This document shows, in pieces, positions 51,254 through 63,962 of a stretch of 64,000 nt of DNA. The position numbers and the translations under genes were made by a program. Every line of letters starts with the position of its first letter. The first letter of the stretch is position 1. The DNA lies in NCBI GenBank assembly GCA_964106645.2, contig OZ067041.1. One strand, 5' to 3'. Source of the DNA: Podarcis pityusensis. Its lineage: Eukaryota. The notes beneath the pieces are model-generated. The model had not been told where the DNA came from. It made no database searches and worked only from the letters and a program-made list of their open reading frames with translations.

Positions 51254-51495
51254 CAGTCGTACCTTGGTTCTTGAATTTAATCCGTTCTGGGAGTCCATTT
51301 GACTCCCAAAACTGTTTGAAAACGAAGGTGTGGCTTTCAATTGGCTTCAAGAGCTTCCTGCAGCCAATTGGAAGCCGCATAGGACATTCGGCTTCCAAAA
51401 AATGTTCACAAACCAGAACACTCACTTCCGAGTTTGCAATGTTCAGGAGCCAATTTGTTTGACAACTAAGGCTTTTGACTACCAAGATATGACTG
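51254..51495. mobile_element. Tc1/pogo-like MITE
   Basis: TA|cagtcgtaccttggt...accaagatatgactg|TA, inserted at a (TTA)n tail. Confidence 0.85.
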
Positions 51496-51693
51496 TATTG
51501 TTTCCTTGCCACTGCTGCCAGTTCCACTCAGTAGTTTTCCTGGACTTTGGCAAGTCCTCATACTTCTTCAGGGATATGGGAACTTGGGAGGCTCGCCTCC
51601 AAGTGTTGGGGTTGAGGCACATAGGACTCAGGTAGGCAATAGAAGCATCCTGGGTTTTCAGCCAGAAAGAAGAGGGTGCTGCTGGTCCCAGCT

Positions 51694-52033
51694 ATTGTTG
51701 TTGTTGTTTAGTCATTTAGTCGTGTCTGACTCTTCGTGACCCCATGGACCAGAGCACACCAGGCACTCCTGTCTTTCACTGCCTCCCGCAGTTTGGTCAA
51801 ACTCATGTTTGTAGCTTCAAGAACACTGTCCAACCATCTCATCCTCTGTCGTCCCCTTCTCCTTGTGCCCTCAATCTTTCCCAACATGAGGGTCTTTTCC
51901 AGGGAGTCTTCTCTCTTCTCATGAGGTGGCCAAAGTATTGGAGCCTCAGCTTCAGGATCTGTCCTTCCAGTGAGCACTCAGGGCTGATTTCCTTAAGAAT
52001 GGATAGGTTTGATCTTTTTGCAGTCCATGGGAC
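51694..52033 (-). mobile_element. RTE-BovB LINE 3' end
   Basis: EDSLEKTLMLGKIEGTRRRGRQRMRWLD...LVHGVTKS; (CAA)n tail; one frameshift. Confidence 0.93.
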
Positions 52034-53043
52034 AGCAAGTGCCATATACTTGTCCATAAATAAATATGCTAAGATAGATATAGATATAGATATAGATATC
52101 ACTTAATCAACCCAAACCTCTAAATGGTTTGCATAAAACAACAGAACATATTCCAATAAAATAGAATATAGACAATATCAATAAAATCAAGTGCTATTAT
52201 TAGCAATAAATAAATAAAATCAGCCATTTTAAAACACACACACATAACATAAAATTCCATCTTAAAATTCCATGTCTGGGGAGATTGGTCTGCACAAAAG
52301 TTCTTAGGAGCCACAAACAATACAGTGAAAGCACCTAGCTAATATTAATGGCAATATTAGTATTGTGTTGTATCTGATAGCACTGAAACCAAAGATGATT
52401 ATAGCCTTCCAATTTACATACACACATCTATCTAAACAAACCTTTTCCTGTATATACAGGGTGGCATCTGAGGTCGTGCGAGTGGACTTCTGCTTATGCA
52501 ACAGCTCTTCCCCCCCTTTTCCTCCTGCAAAACCCCCACCCCATTACAATCTGTAGGTTTCTCATTATTTCTGTTAGTTTATTATTCTCTTGTATATTCA
52601 AGTTCGGACAAGCCATCCCGATTTCTTGTAATTAATTATGTATCCTGCTGAAATCCCACCAAATGCTTTCTAAAACGATTAAAAACAACACCATTTCTTG
52701 ATCTTGTTAGATGGTCATAAAATTAGCAATGCCATCTATATAGAGGTTAATTTAAAATATTGTTACTATTCTAATTATAATTGCATTTCCTCCGTCATTA
52801 CTAGGGGCCACTCAACAGATAAAGGGCAGCCTTTCCTTGTACTCTCTGAAATGGACTGTAGTCCACAAAAGGATATACAGTAAAAGATTTGCTCATCTTT
52901 TAAGATGTCACAAGAATCTTTGCTGAAATCAAATTTTTGTGGCAATTGCTGTAATTAAAATGCAAGAAAACACGAATTTCAGAAGCCGAAAAAGAAGAGA
53001 GCAAGAACAACACCACCACCACCACCCTCCTTTGTCTCCAAAA

Positions 53044-53394
53044 AAGGTAAAGGGACCCCTGACCATTAGGTCCAGTCATGATCGACTCTGGGGTTGCAGC
53101 GCTCATCTCGCTTTATTGGCCGAGGGAGCCGGCGTACAGCTTCCGGGTCATGTGGCCAGCATGACTAAGCCGCTTCTGGCGAACCAGAGCAGCGCACGGA
53201 AACGTCGTTTACCTTCCCGCTGGAGCGGTACCTATTTATCTACTTGCACTTTGATGTGCTTTCGAACTGCTAGATTGGCAGGAGCAGGGACCAAGCAACG
53301 GGAGCTCACCCCGTTGCGGGTATTTGAACCGCCGACCTTCTGATTGGTAAGTCCTAGGCTTTGTGGTTTAACCCACAGTGCCATCCGCGTCCCT
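53044..53394 (-). mobile_element. Full-length Sauria SINE (POM-like)
   Basis: tRNA-like head gggacgcggatggcactgtgggttaaacc; ACCTTT tail; 13-bp TSD tttgtctccaaaa at 53031 and 53395. Confidence 0.93.
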
Positions 53395-54204
53395 TTTGTC
53401 TCCAAAAGGAACCCCAAATAAAGATGTCTTGCAGCGTGAGATTTAAAGCTTTAATTGCTCATGTGCTGTTAGCAGTAAGAGTGATGCTGGAAAGATTAGA
53501 AAGTAGCAATTGCAGTTAAACCACCTGGATTTCCAAGCCAGGCTAAAAAAAAAGATACAATTTACAGCACCAAAAAGTAATGAAGAACTCTAATACAGGA
53601 GAAGCCTACATGACACCCTCCAGATGTTATTGGACTACAATTCCCATCAGCCACAGCCAACATGGCCAATGTTCAGGGATTTGGGGAGTTTTTGACCACA
53701 ACATCTGGACCATGTCATATTGCTCTAATAGAACCAGCAGCAAGGTGTTTCCCCTTCTCAACTTTCAGTTGTCGATTATTTAACACCGCCTCCATCTAAT
53801 AACTGAGCTGAACTTAAAAGCATCACAAGAAAGATGTCCCATCTGCAAATGGTTTAAATTGCTCTGCTAGCAAGCATTCCATTGACTCCCCAGAAACGGG
53901 AAGGTTGGATACCTATCTAAAATGGCCTGGGCAGTCAATGCATCCATGATGGTTTCTTTTTTTAAGGAGACAGCTATGCCAAGCTACCACTTAGCATAAA
54001 TAAAATGAGTTCACACACCAATATATTTTATCTAAAAGGGACAGGCTGCATTTTTCTATAAATAAAAATGAAATGGCCATGCTTTTGATTCATTAGATCC
54101 TCTCAAGTCATCTAAGATTAGTTAAGGCTGCAGTGACTGTGTCACAGTATAAACCTATGCATATGCCCTCAGAAACAAACCCCACTGAGTTCAGTGGGGC
54201 CTAA

Positions 54205-54357
54205 AGGTAAAGGGACCCCGGACCATTAGGTCCAGTCGTGACTAACTCTGGGGTTGCGGCGCTCACCTTGCTTTATTGGCCGAGGGAGCCGGTGTACAGC
54301 TTCTGGGTCATGTGGCCAGCATGACTAAGCCGCTACTGGCGAACCAGAGCAGCACAC
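54205..54357 (-). mobile_element. 5'-truncated Sauria SINE
   Basis: Matches ~53044-53198; TSD gggcctaa at 54197 and 54358. Confidence 0.9.
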
Positions 54358-55151
54358 GGGCCTAATCACTGGCAAAGTGCATAGGATTGCCACCACAAAC
54401 TTTGAGCCTGGCTACTTGATACACTCACCACAGGCTACCAGGCCCATCTTGTAGGGGCAGATATACTATGAAACTAATGAAGTTTGAGCTTCAGGGCCCC
54501 TAATCCCAGAGGGGTCCCAGAAAAGACTTTAGTCCACGTTGCTTAAAATTTGGGGGGTCTGGTAGATCCAAATGGAGTCACACAATTCAGATTGATTAAT
54601 TTTTGGTTGTATATAGTTCAACAATCACAAAGTTTTGAGAGTCAGTAGCACAGATGTTGTAAAGGTGTGCTGGTCTGTTGTGGAACAACTCCACTGAAGA
54701 ACGTAACAATAGCTACCCAGACCTCTTTGCTGGTTCTGAAGGCCCCCCCCCCTTAACAATTCACGCTTTAGGGCCCCCAAAATGTAGGTCTGCCAGTGCC
54801 ATCATGACTGTCCAGTTACAAAACAACGGAGGAGGGCCAGATGGGGCTCCTATATGGGGAAAGTCCCTCTGGTAGGTGGGAAAGTCATACAGTTGGGTGG
54901 AATCCCTCAACCCACTTTGCCCCATGGCTCTTGTGAGGGGTGGCATGAGAGTCTTTGTGTCTAGCATTGGGGAGTAACCCCAGTGGCAGAGATGGGCATT
55001 GTATGGGCTCAAAAAAGGGATAGCACTATTTTTAGGAAAAACAATATGGAGTCTTGTGGCACCTTAAGGACACATATATCATGGCATAAGCTTCTGTGAA
55101 CTAAAGTCTGCCTCATCAGTTGCATGAAGTGTTATTCTGAGTTACAGGTAT

Positions 55152-55646
55152 AAAAGTAGAGACATCACCTTGCCAACAAAGGTCCGTATAGTTAAAGCTA
55201 TGGTTTTCCCAGTAGTGATGTAGGGAAGTGAGAGCTGGACCATAAAGAAGACTGATCGCCAAAGAATTGATGCTTTTGAATTATGGTGCTGGAGGAGACT
55301 CTTGAGAGTCCCATGGACTGCAAGAAGATCAAACCTATCCATTCTTAAGGAAATCAGTCCTGAGTGCTCACTGGAAGGACAGATCGTGAAGCTGAGGCTC
55401 CAATACTTTGGCCACCTCATGAGAAGAGAAGACTCCCTGGAAAAGACCCTGATGTTGGGAAAGATGGAGGGCACAAGGAGAAGGGGACGACAGAGGACGA
55501 GATGGTTGGATAGTGTTCTTGAAGCTACCAGCATGAGTTTGACCAAACTGCAGGAGGCAGTGGAAAACAGGAGTGCCTGGCGTGCTCTGGTCCATGGGGT
55601 CACGAAGAGTCAGACACGACTAAACGACTAAACAACAACAACAACA
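55152..55646 (+). mobile_element. RTE-BovB LINE 3' end
   Basis: RDITLPTKVRIVKAMVFPVV*...RIDAFELWCWRRLLRVPWTARRSN...YFGHLMRR; (CAA)n tail. Confidence 0.95.
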
Positions 55647-58600
55647 TAGACACATCACCTTTACCTTTACACACATCACAGCAGGCCCTAAACAATGTGA
55701 TGCCTGTGGCAAAGGACAAGATGGTGCCCCATCCCATGCCCAGAAGCTGACTGGACAGGTAGTTGAATCTTACTTCAGCATGGGAGATGAGACAGTATGC
55801 TCCACCACATTTGGGAGCATCAGACTAGCTTAGGGAATGTATAACAGGCCATGAGGGGAACATAACTGTTGTCCAACCACTTACCACTTCTCCCGTCCTC
55901 CTGTGTATCTGCTTGTCTGAGGTGGCCACCTCACTCAGCCTACAGGTAGCGGTTTAGGGGTAAGCAGAATTGTAATAAAATGAGGTCAGATGCAATATCA
56001 CACAGTATTTCCCTCTGGCCTCACAGTTTGCAAATGCACACATATACCACCATGTGTATATGACTGCAATTCATGATAAAGCTTCATGTATCTGATGAAG
56101 TGGACTGTAGTCCCATATAAACTTAGGCCATAACAAATGTATTTGTCTTTAAGGAGCCACAAGGCTCCTTCTTGTTGTTTCTGTAACAGACCAATATTGC
56201 TGCCCCTCTGAATTTTCTTAGTGGTGCCAATGAAGCCCCAGATAATTGCATAATTTTATTTATTAGTACCTTTACAATGCGTAGCTATGAGGCCATTTAA
56301 AAACAGAAGTAGATCATTGGATTATGATTGAAAGATAGCAGAAATTATGCACCACAGAAACAGAGCAGATGCAATATGGGGATTGTTAAACAGTTAATAG
56401 ATTTTGTCTAGCATCTGCTTAAAGGCCTTAACAGCAGGGATATCTATTGCACCACTGACTAAATTCCACTCTTTCCTTCTCTATCTAGTGGGGAGGGAAG
56501 ATGAGCAGGGACAAAAAATAGGCAGGTAGATTTTTCAGCTTTGCACTCAAAAGAAAATGAGCAGGAAATGGAATTCTTAATTTCCATTTCAGAGAGCCAT
56601 ATATAGACTTTGGCCGTGTCTATAGCACAAGGCATTCTGATTCTTTTCTGTGCAGTTTTAATTCACAAGTTTGTGTCAAGGTTTTACCTCATGTTACCTG
56701 ATTCTTCCCTACTTCTGTTTTTAATTTGTTTTTCTTTCGCTTGTTTACAGGGACAATCACTTGTGTCCCACCATAAAGCCTTCTTGAAGGCTCAGGGAGC
56801 CCTCCCGAACGCTCTGGGGCCACCACCACAAATGTACAAGAAACAGACCAGATTTTTTAAAATCCTCACTAACTGGGTTAGGAGGCAATTTATAGGCAAC
56901 ACAGCGTCATTCACATGCATTTTAATATGTCAGCTTGGATAGTTGAGGGCCAATGTGGCACACAACACAGTGTCTCACATTTTCAAGCCTTCCATCCCAC
57001 TGGGGCATAGCACATTTGGCAGCCATTTTCTCAAATGATGGTTAATAGAGCCTCTTTAGACAGAAGTAAGTTCTAGTGAGTTCAAATGGCTTATTTCCAA
57101 GTAAATGTGCCAGGAGTGCAGGATAAATAACTTGGGTTTGTTTTGTATTTCCCAGCATTCAGTTGTACCTCTAGAATGTATATTTGGCTTAAAATGGGCT
57201 TGCTGCCATTTTCTATTCTACATCAAACATATTCACAACTGATCCGTTTCAGATTAAAAGGTGTTTGTGAAAATCTCCTAATTGCAAATGTCATAGCATC
57301 ACTCTGCCAGACACATACATGGATTCACAGATGTCTGAAACTGTAAACCACACAGGTCAGATGACTATAAAAGGAAGCTCAGATCTTTTTCCTGCAGAAT
57401 TCTAGAGGTACCAGTCAGAGAAAAATGTAGGTATGCCCAAATTCTTACTGAAAAACTGTTTTAAATTGTCCACCCAAGGCCTTAATCATGGAAAAGGAAA
57501 GTAAGGATTCCTTGAGCTTCAATGTTCTGTTTATTAGCATTCATCTTGATTTGCTTGCAAAAAGCTTCTTCTGTAGATAGACTACCTAATGTCTTTATTA
57601 AGTAATTTGTTTTGATTTGTTTATGGGGTGGTTATATGACAATGAGCATTCATCCTGTTTGCTCTGTGGGGTGTCGACATGTCTTCTCATTAATCATTCA
57701 CCCCACACTTTTCATATCTCCATCAATTTCCCAATTGCAAACATTTGTGTGTGTGTGTTTTAAACATGGATTTGTTGCACTATGGCAACAGGGTTCTTTA
57801 ATTCACTAAATTGCACAAACATTAATTTTAACTATGTGCTTGAACCCCTTCCACAAAATAGTTGGTCTGCAGACACCCTAAAATGTGGGTTCTTGCGCAA
57901 AGCAATGCAACCAAAAATTTCCTCAGTTTATGCTTCCCAGCATCAAACACTATGTATGATTTTGCTTTGGAGAAATACAGAAGTGATGCTCTTTATCAGA
58001 TGGATGGACGAGGCATTCCTCCTCATGTGTACCTTTTGCAAAGGGGAGGCAGTGCTTGTGGGACAGGCTCATCATAGCAGCCTTGATCATATAATGAGGG
58101 AAGGATTGAAGTGGAGAGACAAGGTTGTTTCTGCATACTTTAGAAAAGGCATGAAAGCTTAAATGGGGGAATCAACTGAGTGCAGCAGTTACTGTAACAA
58201 TTAAGCTGACATGATGAAAAGAGGGAGCAGAGAGGGTGGGACAGATCATCCACCCCCACAGAATGCCTGCATGGGCAGGTGGCAGTTTTGAGCCATGCCT
58301 CCTGCCAGCAGAAGATAATGGAGCTCAGCTACAAAGCTCCAGTGAGACACAGAGGAGTTTGGGTGGGGAGGCAGATGTCTTTTTCTAAAGTTAAGGAAAC
58401 ACAAACAGATTAGCTGACTAAACCAGGTCAGATAGGAAATGGGAGACAATGGATCGTGGAAGCTAAAGCCATGATAGGTGGTGGAAGCAGTGATGCAGAA
58501 GATGTAGCTGGCACAGTCCTACATTCGTAGCTGCCTTATACTTAGTAAGTATACTGAGTATACTTACATGGGTCTCAGTATAGTTTACAGTGACTAGCAG

Positions 58601-58671
58601 AGAGTCCTGAACCATAGGGTACCTGGCGGCAAGTCCCACTGCTGTACACAATTCAACTGCAGATGCTAGCA

Positions 58672-58807
58672 CAGGCATCCCCAACCTGCGGCCCTCCAGA
58701 TGTGCTGGCCTACAACTCCCATGATCCCTAGCTAACAGGACCAGTGGTCAGGGATGATGAGAATTGTAGTCCAAAACATCTGGAGGGCTGGAGGTTGGGG
58801 ATGCCTG
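58672..58807. mobile_element. 136-bp palindromic hAT MITE
   Basis: TIR caggcatccccaacct / aggttggggatgcctg; 8-bp TSD tgctagca at 58664 and 58808. Confidence 0.9.
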
Positions 58808-59298
58808 TGCTAGCACATAGTCTGGCAGACTCACAGCTCCAAAGTGCAGTGGACCAAAGCCTCTGCAGCCGATCCAAGGGTCAGGGCACCTAGAGGTCAG
58901 TCCAGACAAGCTCAGACCCAAAGAGCTCCCTGGAACATCCAAGCCATGGTCCGGGCAATGTGGGAAGTTGAGCAGAGACAGCTCTCAGCTCTGTTGCCCT
59001 TTTATATGTTGCATGCTGATTGGCTTGCATCTCAGCCTGTAGAGGCATGTGACCTTCACCTGCTTCAGCTGAGGAATCACACATCTCCTCCCAGAGCTAG
59101 CAAGCCCCACCTGGCCAGCTAGGGAGCTGAGCTGTGGGCCCTTGCCTGCCTCAGCCTCCTGGAGCACCACTCCCGCTGCTCCCTACGCCTCAAATCCTGC
59201 TGTGTTCATGGAAACAGGGGCCCCTGCTGCTCTGGTTCCTGTGCACTGACTGCTATCCCTTGGTCATCCTCTGTCACCCTGAGAGTACTTCCCATACC

Positions 59299-59553
59299 AG
59301 CCAGTGTGGTGTAGTGGTTAAGAGCGGTAGTCTCGTAATCTGGGGAACCGGGTTCGCGTCTCCGCTCCTCCACATGCAGCTGCTGGGTGACCTTGGGCCA
59401 GTCACACTTCTTTGAAGTCTCTCAGCCCCACTCACCTCACAGAGTGTTTGTTGTGGGGGAGGAAGGGAAAGGAGAATGTTAGCCGCTTTGAGACTCCTGA
59501 AGGGGAGTGAAAGGCGGGATATCAAATCCAAACTCTTCTTCTTCTTCTTCTTC
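59299..59553 (+). mobile_element. Young tRNA-derived SINE (Squam3-like, L2-type tail)
   Basis: A box tggtgtagtgg, B-box-like ggttcgcgtc, gggtgaccttgggccagtcac core, (CTT)n tail. Confidence 0.85.
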
Positions 59554-61452
59554 TCTCCTTCCCCATCTCCAGCTTGCCCCAGTCCTGGCTACACCCCTCA
59601 CCAGGATCCGCTTCCTCTTCCCATCTGTCCTGCCAGTTCATGACACAGAGACTCTTCAGAATTTCAGATCTGAGTCTCCCTCAGCCCTACTTGGAGATGC
59701 CAGGATTGAACCTGGGTTTCTCTATGTACAGTTAGGGTTTCCCTACTGACAAGTTGTGCCCCATGTATCTAGTGCAGTTTGTGTCTGATCAGAGGACACT
59801 CCTACAGATGGATTTGAGGAAAACCATCCTCACAACCCCCAGCTCACCAGCCGCTGCTGAATGTCCAGGGCAGTTCAGGCCAGGACCCTTGTGGGGTCCA
59901 GAAATTCAGAGCATGCTGCTGGTTAAGTTATTCAGAAATTGGTGTTTAGGTGAAGTGAACAATGCCAAATGCTGAAAGACGTGCAGAATGGCAACATAAA
60001 GAATTTCTGTAAGCGGCTGCAAAATGCAGTTGACAAATATCATCCGCCAGAGTCTTTCCAGATGAAGCATGTGAACACTGGTAGGTAAGGGCTCACCTTC
60101 ACTTCCACTTGTTCAAGTGGTTTTGCCTTGGAAAACTCAATTGTTTTGTCTATTTTCCCTGGAAAACTCAATTGTTGTTTGGGGGAAAGTGGCAGGCCAA
60201 ATGAAAGTGTGGATGGCTCCTAATTTCTGAAGTGTCCCATATCCCACCACGGGAGTGACTGGTCAACTTCCCATGATACATCATGGCTTGGACTGCTATA
60301 TTCTGTCATCTCTCCCACCTTTTCTTAGTTGACCTGGTTTACTCTACCAGGCTGTTTGCATTTATGCAACTCAAAAAGACATCTGCCACCAGCCACCCCC
60401 CGAAGTTCTCATCTGTGCCTCAGTGGAGTTTTGCCGTTGACTGCTATCCTATTTATATTAATTGAATGCACTGTATTCTCCATACACCACTGATTGGCCT
60501 AATTTATTTCAGTTCCTTAAAGGCCTGGGATTTTCCTGTTTTCCCTCGCTGCATTGTTTTTACTCATTTGGCTCCAATTAGCCTCAGCTAACAAAAATAC
60601 ATTATCCTGAGCCTCTCCTTAGCAGTGCTGTTTCTAATGGCACAATTTGTGATTTATTTATTTTTATTTTTAAAGAAGTCTTTAATGTAAAGACATTAGG
60701 AATTAAGTTACATTTCTCTAGTGGGGAAGAGAAATATTAATTGCAAGCACCTGGGGTCCCCCCATCTTTAAAGAAGAGTTGTGATTTTTAACTTTAACTA
60801 ATAAACATTGACAGAATCAGTGAGCTATCAGCACCATGCGTCAGCCCTTTGTGAGGGACATATCATCCCCCTTGCTTGGTTTGCTGAGGAAGTGCTTGAA
60901 TTTTAGCACCCAGACTTGGTATATTTTTCAACTATCTTTCAGCACCAGGATGTTGCTGTGGGAAAGAGATGAACTGTCCCTTTTAAGTTACTGGATTGTT
61001 TTCCTTAGCTAGCCAGGTGAAAAGGAATTGCATGGCCAGCCGCAGAGTCCCCACCCCTAGGGAGTCTGGCTAACTAGAGAGATGAATGAATGGATACGAC
61101 AAGTGGCTGGGATTTAAAAGGCCACAGCTTTACTGATTTCAGGTGTAGGTAAACTTTGGCATAGGCATTGGGCGTGTATCCCTCTCAGTCCCCCGGCATG
61201 AGAGGGTCTAATTGGGGAAGAAGGGACCGTCGCAAAACGCAGGTTTATGCAGATGGTGCCAGTCTACTGTTTATGCCAGGGGAGCGGACCTGAGTGAAGA
61301 CTGCAACACCAGAGTCACTCCCGAAGCACCACCCCCAGGCCGCCGCGGATTGGCTGAATTTGAACTGAGGGCCTGGCAGTGCGCACAATGCTCTGTGGCA
61401 GCTGGAGAGGAGCAGCACGGCCACAAAAACAGGGCTAGGTTCTGAGGGCGCC

Positions 61453-61488
61453 ATGGCAGGCTGCAACCGCTGCTCACTGCTGAATTGG
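61453..61488 (+). CDS. Candidate first coding exon of an unidentified gene (MAGCNRCSLLNW)
   Basis: gcgccATGG Kozak, TGG|GTAAGC donor, local CpG enrichment, upstream ATTGG box; no homology recognised. Confidence 0.3.
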
Positions 61489-63962
61489 GTAAGCGGCCAT
61501 TAAAAGAGAAAGACAATTGCTGAGGTCGTTTGAGGCCTCAAAAGATTAACCCACAAGCTTCCTCTGCTCTGAGGCTGTTCTTCCACATGGCACCACCAAA
61601 TAGTACATTTGAGTCTCTATTTGTGCCATATTGTGTAATTTATTTAATGTAAAAAAAATAAAAATGCACAAAGTGTTAAGTGTATATTTTAGCTAATATA
61701 GCATGCATATCTTGCATCGCACAGCAATTTAAACATGACAACTTTAACTTCACGTTGTGTAAAACTTCCCTACTCCTGCCTGTGTTTTGAATAGAGCTGG
61801 ATAAATCTGTCAATAATGGCTTCTCTCTGTTTCTCTCCCCTTCCCCAGTCTTAAGTTCACTTGTCCACATTTCTGAATTAGTTTGCAATTTGTTTCGTGA
61901 AGAAAAAGGGGAAAAGTACTCATGAATATTGGTTTGCATTTTAATATAAATGTATCCTGAGACACATGTTTTTGTATGCAATTTGCCTATAACACACATT
62001 TTTGCAAAGATATAATACATTCCTGAATGCTTTCTACAGACCAGTGTAAAAATGATATTGATAGCCTATCATTTTAGGATACTATGGTCAATCAGCAGGG
62101 TTTTCTCCTAGCATAGAGCATTCGTTGGGTTTACAAGGCAGATTCTGTGCCAAAAACAGACTGTAATGGATTCAGATAATCCATATCTTCCAATATGGAT
62201 TGTGGGTGGATTTTGTAGGGGGGTGGGGTGGAGAAGGACTCAGTCTCCATCGATACTGGAATAAAATGTTGTGTGTACGTAGTCTATAGATGGAAAGTGC
62301 ATTAGAAAAAAGAGATTTAAGTCAGGGGTGAGGAACCTATGGCTTTTCAGATGCTTTTGGACTCCATCAGCTACAGCTTGCATTGCCAGTGGTTAGGGAT
62401 TATGGGAGCTGGAGTCCAGATTTCCATCCCGGATTTAAGTAGCAAGATTATTTTCTTCAGTAGCTAAAAAGAAAAACTTTTTTAAAAAAACAACCTTTGT
62501 ATGTAGCTAGCATGTAACCTCTGAGACCCACCTTCAGTTCACGTGAAAAACCATGGTGAGTGGCTGTGGATACTTCCATGAATGCCACCAGCGGAGGAGA
62601 AAAAAGTTTTGCAGTTTTCTTTTCAAAGGGTTTCTGTCACTGTTCTTGCTGAATTGATCATCTTAATGGGATATGTTTGGAAAGGATCCAAATTCTAATT
62701 TTGGAAATTGAATTGTTTTAGTGATTAAACAAAGTAACCGAGGGCATCACCCTATTAAATAAGATATTTCATGCATGTGATTAATTGTAATCTCAATGTA
62801 AATCCTTTTGATTTAGAGATTAATGTTGATTCTTTGCTTTGAGTTTACTGTCCATTTGTTTTGTTAATTAAAATTAAAGATAGAAGACAGATAGCTGTGG
62901 AACCTCTTCAGCTTGTTGATGCCCACTTTATTAAATAGGACATTTCCCATTACTATCCTCAAAAGTAATGGGCTTGGTATAACTATATTAACCTTCCTGA
63001 GGAGCAGCATCAATGAACGAGGGAAGTTTGCACTCATTTCTTCTGATTGTAAAGCATGTCACATTTCACATCACTTTAAAAATAACAATAGACAGCCTTT
63101 TGGTCTCCAATGCAGTTTTCTTCCTTCAAAAGAAAGACAATGTGCTTGAAAAATATATCACTTTAACAAAGAGGGTCGTTTTCCCCTTGTGCAGCTTAGT
63201 TTATGGCTTCCGTATTAAATAGCCATCTAAAGCAACAACAGTTTATTGCAGAATGGTGTGCTGCTTTTTTATTGGCATCGTGTGTTGAAAATGCACCCAC
63301 TCCTGCTACAAAGTGGTTCTGTGATCATGGGGGAAACTGAAAAAATAATAAACTTCAAGCTTATTTTATTTAAAAGTGTATCTGCCTTGCTGGATCAGGC
63401 TAAGGCCACTGTTTCAAGCAGTGAGTCCGATGCCTATAGATGCTCACAACAGGGCATAGGAACAACATTCCTCCTGTTCCTTCTGCATATGGCAGTCAGA
63501 GATACACTACCCTTATTCATGGAGGTTCCAGTAACCTCTAATGTCTAATAGCTGTTGATGAATTCATGATCCATCCATTTGCAAACCTTCTTTAAAGCCA
63601 TCTAAAAGGCCATCTGGCAGCAATTTTTACAAGTTAATTCTGAGCTGTATGACACCCTGTGACCTCTACTTTTATTGTCAGTTTCACTGAGTGACCATGG
63701 AGGCTAGTATTGTAGGGAGGAGCATTAACTTCTGTCCCTGACCACTGTTTCCATGACATTCACAACTTTGCTAACTCCTATAATGCTCCCCCAATCGTCT
63801 GTGCTTTAAAGCAAAACAAAAGTCCCAAATGTTTCAACCCAAGGAAACTCCCATTATCCTGGACCATTGGGCATGCTGTGGGGAGTCAGAGACCAAACCA
63901 TCTGGGAGTCACCATGTTGTTGTTGTTGTTGTTGTTTTGTTGTTGTTTATTGAATTTATATA

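Noticed and set aside
55142-55631. ORFs of 75-153 aa as host genes (also 51708-52106, 34217-34962, 52939-53417)
   Set aside because: Sense or antisense frames of BovB, CR1 and Sauria SINE fragments.
59299-59375. tRNA gene
   Set aside because: The tRNA-like head continues into a SINE core and simple-repeat tail; no intact cloverleaf or terminator seen.
62913-63548. Short + strand ORFs as downstream exons of the 61.4 kb candidate gene
   Set aside because: No recognisable domain and no convincing acceptor/donor pairs.
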